A DNA stretch of 63,986 nt, filler included, from Trypethelium eluteriae (Eukaryota), in NCBI GenBank assembly GCA_051942245.1. It is 3 parts of 3 records of this genome, joined end to end, with 100 filler letters (N's around TTAATTAATTAA, not from the genome) between each part and the next. Parts side by side here need not be neighbours in the genome. Positions count along the whole stretch, not along the records: positions 1 to 23,421 come from JAVECL010000422.1; 2 more parts are not named here. One strand, 5' to 3'. Position numbers and translations under genes: made by a program. Shown one piece after another: positions 1-12,152 of the stretch. A model generated the notes under the pieces. It ran no database searches. It had not been told where the DNA came from and saw only the letters and a list, made by a program, of their open reading frames with translations. Each line of letters opens with the position of its first letter. Position 1 is the first letter of the stretch.

Positions 1-140
1 ACGTAGGTCCTCATTTTACTAGTTAATTAGGTTTTTTACTGTCCTCATTTTCGATGAGGTTTATATAGAGCCCTTATCTCAGGTTACACAGAGAAATTAA
101 TCGAGTCCTTTTCTCCGAAAACGGTGTCTAACATCATCAG

Positions 141-1590
141 AATAACAACCCATACAGCTGGAACGAATTCAACAACATGATATTCATTGATCAGCCAATA
201 CAAACGGGGCTCTCATACAGTGTCCCTACCCCAGGCTACGTAGATCCGGAGGGAGATAAAATCGTCAACCTTCCCGACAACACGTGCCCTGACTGGGCAT
301 CAGACTGGGATTGCGGGACGTATTCCCGTGCCGACCAAACGACTACTGCAAACTCTACACTTGACGCTGCCCCCAACGTCTGGAAGACTTTGCAAGGGTT
401 TATGGGCGTATTCCCACAGTATGCGCGAGACGGATTCCATTTCGCGACTGAATCATACGGAGGCCATTACGGGCCAGTCTTCGCAAAATATTTCAAGGAT
501 CAAAATTCGAGGCTCTTCAACGCTTCATCGCCAGCAAGAGAGATCAGTTTGGAGAGTGTGCTGATTGGAAATGGATGGTACGATCCGTTGATCCAAAATG
601 AGGCATACTACAATTTCTCCGTAGACCCTGGTAACAGTTACGACATTCTACTTGACAAAGAGCATGCACATATGATGTACAATGCCATATATGGCCCTGA
701 AAACTGCCGCGATCAGACTTTACAATGCTACAATACCAGTAGACAAGATGTGTGCCAAGATGCTGACAACTTCTGCTCAAATGAGGTCGAAGCTATCTAC
801 AAAGACTTCCTCCACCGAGATGTATATGATGTACGCGAACTCAGTCCGGATCCAATTCCGCCAGATTGGCACGCCGATTATCTCAACACAGAGAGAATCC
901 AAGTATGAATACCATGTCGAGAGCAAATCCAGCTGCTAATATGGTCGTAGAAAGCCATTGGTGCCTACGTCAACTACACATCAGACAGCGCCTCCGTCAG
1001 TCAATCATTCTCTGATACTGGGGACGATTCGCGTGTTTTCTCTATCATCCAAGACATGCGAGACCTGGTAGCAGCAAACCTCACTGTCGTCATGTACTTT
1101 GCAGACGCCGACTTTGAGTGCAACTGGATCGGCGGGTAAGTAGATGTCCAGTACGAAATGCGGTCGAGCCTGTCTGACGTAGCATAGGTATGCTGTCGCT
1201 GAAGAGATAGGTGTTCCAGGTTTCGAAAAAGCAGGCTTTGTCAATATCACTACTGATGATGACATTGTCCATGGTCAAGTAAAACAAGTTGGCAAATTTA
1301 GTTTTGTTCGAATCTTTGAGAGTGGTCACTCTGCGCCATTCTATCAACCTCTTGTCTCAATGGAAATGGTAAAACGAGCAATCAACGGATTTGACATTGC
1401 CATTGGAAAGACTAAAGTTGGACCAACTTATCAAACTGTCGGATCTCCGACTTCCACATATCATGAAGGAAACGCAACTGTTCAGTATAAGCCTCTACCT
1501 TCTGATGCTTTTTACAATACAACAACGAACGAGCCGGAAAGGCCGCCGAATAGGCTGAGTCAAAAACAACACCTTCCGCGGCATCGATGA
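141..1590 (+). CDS. Serine carboxypeptidase (peptidase S10), 5'-partial
   Basis: NPYSWN...MIFIDQP, catalytic Ser motif TESYGGHY, Asp motif DADFECNW, His motif SGHSAPFYQP. Introns ~3-140, 903-950, 1136-1187. Stop TGA ends 1590. The N-terminus lies upstream of the window. Confidence 0.93.
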
Positions 1591-1948
1591 GTAGAACCAC
1601 AAATCTGGATTAGCTGTTTAGGATGGCGGCGGTGGCTTTGATGAGTAAACTGTTTGGGAACGGAGAAGCCGCGGTCCATGATTTGGATGATCTTGCCCCT
1701 GAGGACGAGATCTTGATTCAACTAAGTGGTCTTCAACTAGATTCTTGATGGGCCAATACTTTGAGTCTCCAACCATAGGTTAAGCACTTGTATAGTCAAG
1801 GAGCTACAGGCCCTTTGGAAAATTGTGGAGCTGGCGTCCAGTATCTTGATAGAATGTCGGAATTCCGCTTTGTTCCACTTTTGTACAGAAACTTGTCAAC
1901 GTACCGTTCGTCTAATACCTTACCAATGTTAAAGTGAAGACTATATTA

Positions 1949-2467
1949 TCAAGATTCTACAGCGATTGCAACTACCCGGACGCTTCGAGAAAGTGGACTA
2001 CGAAGCCCACAGCCTCCAATTTCCCGGAAGCCTCCACATTGCACATAGATACCTGAAAAATGCTCCTTTCGGACTTCTTCGCCCGCAGCCTGCTTCACCG
2101 AGATCGTCCGCAGCTGTCGCGCGGTGGGCATGATCAGAGAGAGCACGAGCTGCGCGACGGGCTGAGTATTCGCACCGGGCGTGTTGAGGATGGGGGTTCC
2201 GCGTTTGGCGCAGGCGTCTTGGTCGATGATGCCGATGCCGATGCCCACGCGCTGCTTCCCAATGACGCGCAGTCTGTATGCCTGACTGATGTCCTCGGCA
2301 GAGATGGTCTTTTCGCGTATTAGTATGGCGAAGGCGTTTCCGCGCCAGTCTTCCATTTGGGGGTCGCTCGAGTCAATGATCTTGAAGAGTGTGCGACAGC
2401 GGGATATTGCGGCCGGAGGGAAGTCTTCCAGGAGGTACATAACGGGGATGGGGACGGTTGGGCCCAT
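1949..2467 (-). pseudogene. Truncated D-isomer-specific 2-hydroxyacid (D-3-phosphoglycerate-like) dehydrogenase
   Basis: LRVIGKQRVGIGIGIID...CAKRGTPILNTPGAN...VAQLVLSL...ARQ matches the substrate-binding half of the family. Similarity ends near 2055, just before the expected Rossmann GxGxxG. I found no remainder downstream. Confidence 0.72.
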
Positions 2468-3548
2468 GATGTCAACGACTTCCTGAAGTGAGCGTGAACT
2501 TCATGAAATGAACGTAGGAGATATGAGTAGATGGGAAAGAACGACTGATGTGACTTCAATGCAACAGATCTGCGTGGAGATGTTTTTTGCGGTTCCGCAA
2601 GTTGTGCAATGGAGATTGGAACTGCAAAGCTAAGAAGTGACTCAGGGTATTTTACTTTTGACTCTAGCCTGTCTTCTTAAGTCACTCTCCGTTATGAGCC
2701 TTCAAGCTTGAAAATGTGGCTAGATACAAGCACAGCTGCCACGCAGTGTATCGAATTGTCTCCGCTTCCATCGTCGCACCTCGGGAACTGCAATGCAACC
2801 GCCCCCGGCTTCGACATTCGTGGATGAACATATGAGCATCCGCACCTCTCTGAACGTAGCCTGCCCCCAGAAGCTCAGGGCAACATCGCGACGGGCATGG
2901 TCTGCTCTGAACAACTGATTAGGGGCCACTATCGTCTATCATCTGAGGCAAGGTAGGAAAAAGGTTCTTTGACAAGCTTTTCCCGACCGTGCCGACCCGT
3001 GGCCATGGGTGATGGAGTGATTGGGTGCACCTGACATAGTGCGCGGGGCGGTCGATCGGTCCTTCCTCTACGCTAGCGGCCGCCACCAATCCAGGTATCT
3101 ACCCACGCTACCCACGCTACCTAGAGGTTTCGTACTCATGATACGGAGGTATCCTATAGGACTATAGGTACGGTACTCAACTTCCCGTTGTACGGCTAAT
3201 AATAATATGCAGCACTAATACCAAATGGTTCACCGGAACTGTCAGCTGCTCCGAGAACACGCCGTGTGGAGAGCGAGACTGATCTCCAACAGCCTTGCGC
3301 AAACTGCATTTTCACTGGACAGAAAGAAAAGGAGACGACGAGGCTGATATCTTGCCCCTGAAGCCAATACCACCCCGCATCCCAAAAAGGTCGCTGGGAC
3401 CCATTCTCAGCTGAACAGTTCTCTTGATGGCGTCTTACCTCCGAAGCATTTGATACATCTCGTCTCTGGTCTTCCGTTTTCCCTTCGTAAACCTCGCTGT
3501 GAATGTCTTTTAGGTGATTACTAGAGTTCTCTGCCGGTATCCTTCGCA

Positions 3549-6500
3549 ATGGCGGCCGTAGTGGCAGCTCCTACCCCCAGCTTGTTGATCCCGCCTACTA
3601 GCGAAAAGATCCCCTTGGATGCGCCGCCACCCTACTCTCCAGCCACCCCCTCTGTAAAGAAAGAGGTATCCGTATTTGAGTCTCAAGCATGGGCAAAGGC
3701 GCTTCAGCAGTTCCGCGAAGACAGCAACCACCGCCAGGAGCGGATCGACCGCTTCCTCCAGAGGTATGAGAGTGAGCGATCCGTGCAGAAGATTTGCCAG
3801 GAGAGGAAACAAAAGTTCTCCGAGCAGTATGGCAAAGTGTTGTCCAAGATTCTCGATAAGATTGACATCTTCGTACGCGCTGGTAACCTTGCTGTAAAAG
3901 CGGCCCCGGAGTCCATCGGACTGGCTTGGACAGGCATTTCGATCGTCCTTTCAGCAATCCAGGACGGCTATCAGACCCTGCAGGTGTTTGGTAGCGGGTG
4001 TACCGATATCGTTGGTATTATGATTTCTTGTCGCCTCTTCACCAGGATGTTTTCTACGCCGAGTGGACCCGAAGAACTCCGCGAGATACAGGAGAAAGTG
4101 ATCGAGGAGGTCACGAAGCTGTACGTCAAAATTCTGGAATTTTCCTATCAAGCTTGGAAATATGTTGCAGAGAACAAGACCAGTGAGTTGCATTCTCACA
4201 AGACACGAGGGTCCACGAACACATTGCAGGGTTTTATCGGCTGCAGCGCAGTCGCAAATGCTGCTCAGTCATGTTGCAACCCCTGATTCATGTGGATGGC
4301 AGGTGTCATATTCCGCATCCCAATGTTTTCTGACGGACAGCGTAGTACGCATAACTTGGAGCCTTTTGAAAAGGAACAAAGATGAGTTTGGATCCCAGTT
4401 TGACGACATTAGGACAGGAGAAGTGAAATTGAGGGGCTTCGCATCACAGGCCCATGAAGCTCTCTCCCGTACTAATCAAGATGGTACGGCCTGCTTCCAC
4501 AAAGATGACTGTTGAAACCGCTTGAACTGGCTAAACAATATCGTAGACATGAAACGCACTCTTGATGATATAAAAACTACCCTCGAGAAGTCTGCTGCAT
4601 TAACCGAAGAGCTTGAGAAGCGGCTAGCGGACCTCCGGAAGCAGTTGGAGGAACAGAAGAAGCGATCTCCGATGGACGTTGCCAAGGAAACGTTTGGGCG
4701 ACAAAGGAAGCAGCTTGATTGTAAATTCGATGATGAAACGCTTCAGCGACTTCAGAAGGGAAGGCTCGAGGCGCGCAGCAAGGGGACTTGCCAATGGGTC
4801 TTTGGCACGAAGCCATACAATGATTGGTTTGACTCGCCAAGGAGCGATTTGCTCCTGCTCTACGGCGGGGGTAACATGGGAAAATCCGTCCTGGTTTCCT
4901 CGGTCATTGAAAGTTTAGTAAAGTATTCTGAGAAACAGGACGACGTCCTGACGATTTTTTTCTTCTGCAAAACCGGCGACGATTATGGTCAGCTGACCGA
5001 TCGCATTTTTCGTCAGGCACTGCATGCTCTTTATATCAACGCGGAAAAAAGCAACCTTGAGACTCTCGACAAATGTAACGAAGCCGTGAGGCGCTACATT
5101 GCTGGCTTTGAATCTGGAGACAATAAGGGAACCGAAAAGAATAAAGATGAAGACAAAGCCACCACTTTTGACGAAGCCTTCCGAGCAGTTGCGTCTACTC
5201 TCAAGAAGAGGATTTTCCTCGTCATAGACGCACTAGATGAATGCAAAGATCGAGAACGGCGCGGGTTCATCTCGACTATTCGAAAGCTCACCCGGACAGA
5301 TCTCCAAGTCAATGAAAACGCCGAAAATGATGGCAACCCTCAGACCACAGACAGTGTGCAGTTGAAGGATGACATATCGATCAAGGTCTTCATGTCCGGC
5401 CGCCCAGAAGATGACATTATATCCGGCTTTCAAAGCGTCCGTTTTGGAAAAGTTTCTCCCAAAATCAACATCGAAACGCAAAACCAAGAAGATATTCGCA
5501 ATGTTGTTCAGTCAAAGCTAAATAACATCCCAGACTTATCGACAGCGGAACGCAAAGAAGCATGCGAAGAGATCACGCGGAAGGCCAACTCAAGCTTCGG
5601 CTATGTCCGTCCAGCTCTAGAAACCTTTCAAAAGCCTTGGCAAAGGCCAATAAAAGACCATTTGAAGACCTTGCCGAATGATCTCCTCGACATGAATGCG
5701 AGAATCTTCGCTCGCATTGACCCGAGCTACGTGGGGTTCCTGAAGACCTGCCTTACCTGGGCCATGCTAGCAAATGGAAAGCAAATGGTCAAGGTCGAGG
5801 AAGTGGTAGATGCCTACAGCCGTGTCTACGTGCATGGTGATCCTGAATGGAAAAGGTCGGGCGCTCTCGATGACCAGGTCGAATTCTACAAGTCGCAAAT
5901 CCATGTCGCTGGTAGCACCCTCCTGGAGGTCAAGGACACTAGAGAGATCAGCTTGATCAAGCCCGCAATTGTGAAGGACTCTTTCTTGAAGGAGACGGTC
6001 AAGCAACAACAGGAAGCTGTACAGCAAATACCTTGCGAAGTGTGCCGGTCTAAGGCTGAAGCGAGCAAAGGCTTCACATTAACCGAAAGAGACGGACACT
6101 TTCAGGTAGCTCGGACTATTCGTGAGTACCACACTGTCAATATCCGAATACGGTGTTCTAGTAGGACCCAAACTGACACAGGATCAAGTGCAACATCTGA
6201 ACTCACCCATCTTCCAAAATTTATACATCTTCAACGATAGCGATGACGACGAAAGCTCCACGGATCAGAGCGAAATTTCCGTCAGAGAAGACGGAAATCC
6301 TACCAACGAAAGCGAGAACTCCGCCACGCAGGATGAAAAGTTCATTGATGATGATCAAAACCGCGGCAAATCCAAGGAAGGGACGGCAGAGCAAGAGGAG
6401 GAAGGAACCTCCCCCGAAAACCTTGACGGGAATAGCATCGATGCCAATGGTACGACGGATTTGACTGAAGGATCCGTCGGAGATACGGGTGAATTGGATG

Positions 6501-9192
6501 CAACAACTAGGTCAGAGGATCCCGGTGCACAAATCTTGGATGAAACCGAAGATGTGGCTCCTACTCAAGATGACGAGGCCTCCGTAGACGGCAAAGCTCC
6601 GATAAACCACGAACTTGTCAGCGGAGACATATCGGATCACGATTTTGTCGACCAGAAGCCTTCGAATGAAGTTGAAGTTGGGGGGCAGCCGGATGAAGAC
6701 CTCGATTCGGATGCCGACAGCGACTTTCAAGAGCGCGATTATGTTGCTGTTAGAGACGCCGCAGAAGATGCGGAAAAGACTGTTCGATATGAGATCAGCC
6801 AGTGCATATATCATCTACAGAAAGTTGAAAAGCTCTGGAGGGACCACGACAAGCCGGACGCCTGGGAGGAGCTTTGGAATAATGCTATAAGTTTCTTTGA
6901 GTCAAAAGCATTCAGGAAATGCATTATGGAAGAACTGATACCTCAGGATTGGTACTTTATCGTTGAACCTGAGGACCTAACGCCACTCCAATTCGTAGCA
7001 GGCATGGGACTGGAGGAGCTGACTCGAAGACTACTTGAGAAAGGAGCCGATCCACTCACCAGGACGACGAGAGGAGAACATGCTTTGCATTTCGCTGCTT
7101 GCTTAAATCCCGGAAATAACCAGATCGAGATTTGCAGAATGCTCCTAGACAAGGATGCAAACCCAAACAACGATGCTGACGCAGTTTCATCGCCATTTCT
7201 CTGGATGATGTTCGCGTTCCCAAATGTCGAGGCAACAACGCTCTTCTTGGAATATAAAGCTGATGCTACTGATAAAGACGTATGGGCTTACAATAGTCTC
7301 CACAATTTTGCGTTTAGAGGCACGGATCCTGCGATGGTTCAGCTATTAGTTGATAACGGGGCCGACATCAACGGCGAAGATGAGAACGGCGAGACACCGC
7401 TTCACAAGCTCGTGCGGCGAGATGACTGCGGTATCGAACTGCTCGAGGCATACTTGAAAGCCGAGGCATCGGTGAACAAGGACGACGCCGATTCTCAACA
7501 GCCTCTGTACGAGGTTAGCGGAACCGGAAATGTCGAGGTCGCGGAAGTTCTACTCCGACATGAGGCGGATGTCCATGACAAGGACAACAGCGGATGGACT
7601 GCACTCCATAATGCTGCCGCTAACGGACATGCAAAAGTTGTGACTCTTTTGATCGATCACAAAGCTGACACGACCCTGGGTGACGATAACCTTCGTACGC
7701 CTTTCTACCTTGCTTGCGCCAATGGAGACATTGATACTGTTCGCTCTATGGCAGACCGGCTTATCAGTAGAGATCCGTCCGTCATCGATAAGCCGTGCAA
7801 GAAAGGCAAAACTCCACTTCGTAAAGCATGCGGGAGCGGCAATCTTGGGGCCACCAGGTTGCTGTTAGAAGTCCAGGACGACCATCACATCCCTCTCGAC
7901 ATAAACGCCCAAGACTCACTTCTAGGACGGAGTGCGCTTCACGCAGCCGCTTACCTGGGTTATGAAGATATTGTAGAGCTTCTTCTATCGTATCGAGCGA
8001 GCACCGATCTCCAAGACAAGCAAGGCAAGACTCCGTTGCAGTTAGCGTATATAAGATGGGCTGAAAAGGCCGAAAACGACGCGACAAATCAGAATTACCA
8101 GGAGGTCATTCTCCAGCTCATTGAAACCAACCGTCACGCGGCGGTCGCAGACACCGAGCTCCTCCGTCTTGCTGCTATCAAAGGATGCATGCCGATTCTG
8201 AAAGCCCTGCTCCACAGGAAGCCTGGAGAGCCCAGAGCGGATCCAAATGCTTGTGATGAGCACGGCTGGACCGCGATTGACCACGCAAAGCAATACGGCA
8301 GAAGAGAAGCGGAATTGCTGCTTTTGGCACGCGATGGCGTGTTCGGTATGAGACCAAGTAGGTGGACTTCAACAAACGAGAAGAAGATTATGGTATCTGA
8401 GGACGGACTTGAGATCTGGCAAGCCCCAGGCGCTGCTAATTTGTTCGAAAACAATCAGCGTTCGTAATCCCCTGCTGCACTGATGCCTATGACTGTTTTC
8501 AATGTTACTGACTGGTATGCTCTGCGTGACAGTTCGCCATACGCTCTTCTCAGATCATCCAATCCCATCTGGAATCGACAGATACTATTACGAAATCTCT
8601 CTCGAGACCCAGGAGGCCGCTACACCTGATCAGCGACCGTAAGTCAGGACGGAGATTATCATAGCATTGTCGAATATTAGGCTGACCCTAACATACAGAG
8701 AAATAGCGTTCGGAGTATCTTTCTACAGGCCTACAGAGAGATTCCGACGCGACTGGATACCAGGCGTGTATAAGCACAATGGCCTTAATAGCTGGGGCTA
8801 TCATGGGGACGATGGCTCTTGCTGCCAATCTTTCTCCACAAACGACGAGCCCAGAAACATACACATCAATGAAGGATACGACCCTGGGGATACTGTAGGC
8901 TGTGCGATTGATTTCACAAAAGGCCATCTCTTCTTCACGAAAATGGGTCGCCGCTTGAGTATGTTGTTCATCCGCGATACTGACATCGTTCTGCTAAAAA
9001 AGCACAATAGAAGAGCGGACTTTCACGGGCGTAAACGGTCAACTGTACTGTGCCATCGGCCTGTCGGATCCGATCAAAGCAAGGGTCAACTTCATAGGGC
9101 CCTTCATGTGGGGACCAGCGAATGATAAGGATTGGAAAGGGGCCGACGACGATCCGAATCCTACGATTGCGGTTCAAGAGATTGGTAGTTAA
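3549..9192 (+). CDS. Fungal NLR-like STAND protein: helical N-terminal domain, coiled coil, NACHT, acidic linker, ankyrin repeats, SPRY/B30.2
   Basis: Walker A GGGNMGKS (4864-4887), Walker B IFLVIDALDEC, GTCQW..W pre-NACHT motif. Multiple ankyrin repeats (GETPLH, GWTALHNAA, GRSALHAAA, GKTPLQLA). SPRY motifs YYYEI, WGYHGDDG, GDTVGC, FFTK, RVNF. Frame-consistent introns 4183-4345, 4484-4546, 6122-6188, 8460-8532, 8639-8698, 8959-9010. TAA ends 9192. Confidence 0.9.
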
Positions 9193-10265
9193 AGAAACCC
9201 CAACGCGATGACTTTTAAGACATCAGACGAATATGGGTTCTTGTTGTACGTTCATCCTTGGTTAATTTTTACAGAGACTTGCGATTTCCCCAAAAGTTTA
9301 ACTCTATCCATGAAATGATAACAATGTATAGCATACGTACTCAGCTGCAACTTAGAGGACGAGTAATGATTCGCCTTTGATTCGAAATAGTCTGGATGAA
9401 AGGGCATGTGAATTCTCCCGGGAAAGCCACAGCTTCTGCCAGAATAACACCGTGCGTCCTCCGCCCGGCTTGGACCTGAATTGATCTTGATCTCAAACCT
9501 TTGAAAAGAGGCTGCATCTGCTAGATCAAGGAAGTACAATCAGACAGAAACTAGAACAGAATCAGAATGACGATGGTTGAACAATTAGCAGAGGCTCAAT
9601 TACAAGGCGAATATGAATGTAAAATGTAAAATCCACTGCGCGCCTTTGAAGCTTCTTCTCATGCCTGAAAATGCTATGTCTGGAAATAGCCCATCGATAC
9701 TGCACGGTCTTCTTGTGCTAGCCCGCCTAGATAAGAACGCTTCCGAGACGTAGGCGCTTTCGTCGCCGAACCGTCTTCCGCAATAGTGTATCCCTTCTGT
9801 ATAAGCAGCAAAGCTAGAGCGAGCGACATCAACTTCAAGCTTGCTCGGATCGGCCCAATTTCCCTAAATCAGATTTTGCCTTTTTAGATGTGCCCTGCAG
9901 ACATAACACATTCTACCTCGAAACGTTAGAAGCTGCACTTTGAGAATGAAGATTTGGAGATAAATGAGAAATAACTCAACTGAGCGACATTGTCCCTTTC
10001 TGTGTACCTTATCTTATTCTGATGCGGAGGAAAGGCTAGTTGTGGTGCCACAAAAGGCTGTGCCCCGCAGAGCACCTAAGATGCTTGTGACACCCGAGTG
10101 TGGTAGGTGCACATACTTTGGGAACTTTTCCAGGTGAACCTTAGCTGCTGAGATCTTTCAGTACCTAGTTTGCAGTCCATCAGCCGTGATCGCACTATCT
10201 CGTTCCCGCAGATTGAGACGAGCTACTAGCAGTGAGTCCGCAGTATGCATCTCTGAGCTGCCGAT

Positions 10266-10819
10266 ATGGACCAATCCTTGCGCAACGCACCGGCTCTGCT
10301 TGGTAAGTAGATTCACCCTGTACGAAATTGCTTAGTTTGTAGGTAGATTATTAACCGAACAGCTCGCATCGATACCGCCACTCAGCAGTTGATCAGAAGA
10401 TTTGAAAACTTGATTGGCCTTGCCTCTGTGAGTTTGCCTACATGTTGCTAGGTCTGCCGTTCACGACCACTCATAACTCGCTATTCCGCTTCGCAGCTTG
10501 AAAAGACGGATCGGAACTCGACGGCTTTGAATGCACTGGAGATCGATGTTGAGACAGCTGCTCTGGTAAGTCATCTACAATTTCCATGTCGTGACGATCG
10601 CAAGGAGGCTTTGTCGGAGATAGCTAAGGTGTATGGTAGATTCGTGGAGCGGAGGACTTGACGACCCTCATTCGGCAGATGCAAGAAGTCTGGCTCTTTG
10701 GTGAGCTTAATACTCTCGGGAAGAGCGAGAGCCAAGAGAAAATGCAGCAAAACACTGTTGCAGTTGCAGAATTACTGCACAAGGTTTTGTCGGGTTATGG
10801 ACGTGAAGCGGAGGTTTAG
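10266..10819 (+). CDS. MED22: Mediator complex subunit Med22 (Srb6/Surf5 family)
   Basis: Absent from the ORF track. Four exons (10266-10302, 10363-10427, 10497-10565, 10640-10819) splice to 116 aa: MDQSLRNAPALLARID...RFENLI...IDVETAALIRGAEDLTTLIRQMQEVWLFGELNTL. The LIR.AEDL..L.R.M.E.WLFG motif is typical of Med22. Confidence 0.85.
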
Positions 10820-11114
10820 ATTTTGGGAGGCTCATCTACGCTACCATTCATTCTGAATACATGATACCCACGTACTTCTAGTGCACAATGGATATGAAAT
10901 TCTAGACCACCTTGAAATTAAAATTTCAATTACCTGCGTCACGTTGAGATATGTACTGAAATGACTGCAATTGCTTATATAATGATCTCGCATTGAAAGA
11001 TTCACCTCACCTCCCATGTCTCTATCTATCTAGTACAGCAGCAGCCCACAACATGAATACGCGCAACAGCCGACTCACCACCCAATTTTCACTATCAATT
11101 ACTCCATCACGGTC

Positions 11115-11801
11115 ATGACAGCCTCACCTTCCACCTCCTCTGCCCAGCTGCCCTCCGACACCATGCCGCGCTCTCTCGACCTCACCCTCATCGTCGCCGC
11201 CACACCCTCTATGGGCATCGGTCGCGCTGGCACCCTTCCTTGGCCCGCCCTCAAATCGGACATGGCCTACTTCGCCCGCGTTACCAAACGCACCTTTCCA
11301 GCATCGACTTCTTCGCCAAGCGTTCGCAACGCCGTTATCATGGGCCGTAAAACTTGGGAGAGCATCCCCGTGCGGTTTCGGCCGCTCAAAGATCGAATCA
11401 ACGTTGTGTTGACAAGGAACTCTGGAGCTATCGGTGAGGAAGAGAAGAAGAAGGAGGGTTCGGATGTGATTACGGCGACGGGAATGGAGGGGGCACTGGA
11501 AGAGTTGAGGAAGAGGGGGGAGGCGGTGGGGAGGTGCTTTGTTATTGGGGGCACGAGTGTATATGAGGAGGCTATGCGGAGGCCTGAGATGAAGAGGGTG
11601 CTGTTGACGAGAGTATACAAAGATTTTGAGTGCGACACCTTTTTCCCTGCGGACTTGAGCAGCGAAGTCGCAGTGAAGGAGGAAGGGTGGAGAAGGGGGA
11701 GTCGAGAGGACCTAGAGGCATTCGTGGGAGAGGAAGTAGGTGAAGGAAAGAAGGCGGATGGGGACGTAGAAATCGAGTTCTGTCTGTTTTACAGGCCTTA
11801 A
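11115..11801 (+). CDS. DFR1: Dihydrofolate reductase
   Basis: LIVAA..MGIG..GTLPWP.LKSDM.YF, NAVIMGRKTWESIP..FRPLKDRINVVLTR, FVIGG..VY, FECDTFFP. Intronless; alternative ATG at 11163. Confidence 0.97.
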   Translation: MTASPSTSSAQLPSDTMPRSLDLTLIVAATPSMGIGRAGTLPWPALKSDMAYFARVTKRTFPASTSSPSVRNAVIMGRKTWESIPVRFRPLKDRINVVLTRNSGAIGEEEKKKEGSDVITATGMEGALEELRKRGEAVGRCFVIGGTSVYEEAMRRPEMKRVLLTRVYKDFECDTFFPADLSSEVAVKEEGWRRGSREDLEAFVGEEVGEGKKADGDVEIEFCLFYRP

Positions 11802-12152
11802 AGGGCTATAGGAAAAAGTTCGAGAGTTCGTCTCGAGAATCCCAGCACTGCCTGGCACGGAACGAGCTATACACACGTTCGAGTATTTCGGCTCCATTCA
11901 GTTGCCTATAGGACGCTAAGGATTGCGCAAATACCCACATTACACACTCGGAGGGTGGTCGTCACCTCTGGAATGCCATGAACGGTTACAATCATTAATC
12001 TGTCAAAGAAGCGCTGACAGGCTATGCTAAGAAAAGGGACAAATTCTAAAAAAGACAAGACCTCTATGACATTGAAGACTGATCAAAGGAAATAGACGGC
12101 TCCTGAGACTATCCTGGGTATAATGAACGCCAAAGAACGATGAAGAGTCCAA

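Noticed and set aside
3196..3700. Amyloid-signalling motif or adjacent effector gene for the NLR
   Set aside because: No N/Q/G-rich HET-s, sigma or PP motif in the NLR N-terminus, and no HeLo, lipase or gasdermin-like neighbour recognised; ORF 3196-3549 looks spurious.
9252..9880. Two ~90-codon open minus-strand frames downstream of the NLR
   Set aside because: No recognisable domain, credible start or splice model; cannot be supported as a gene.
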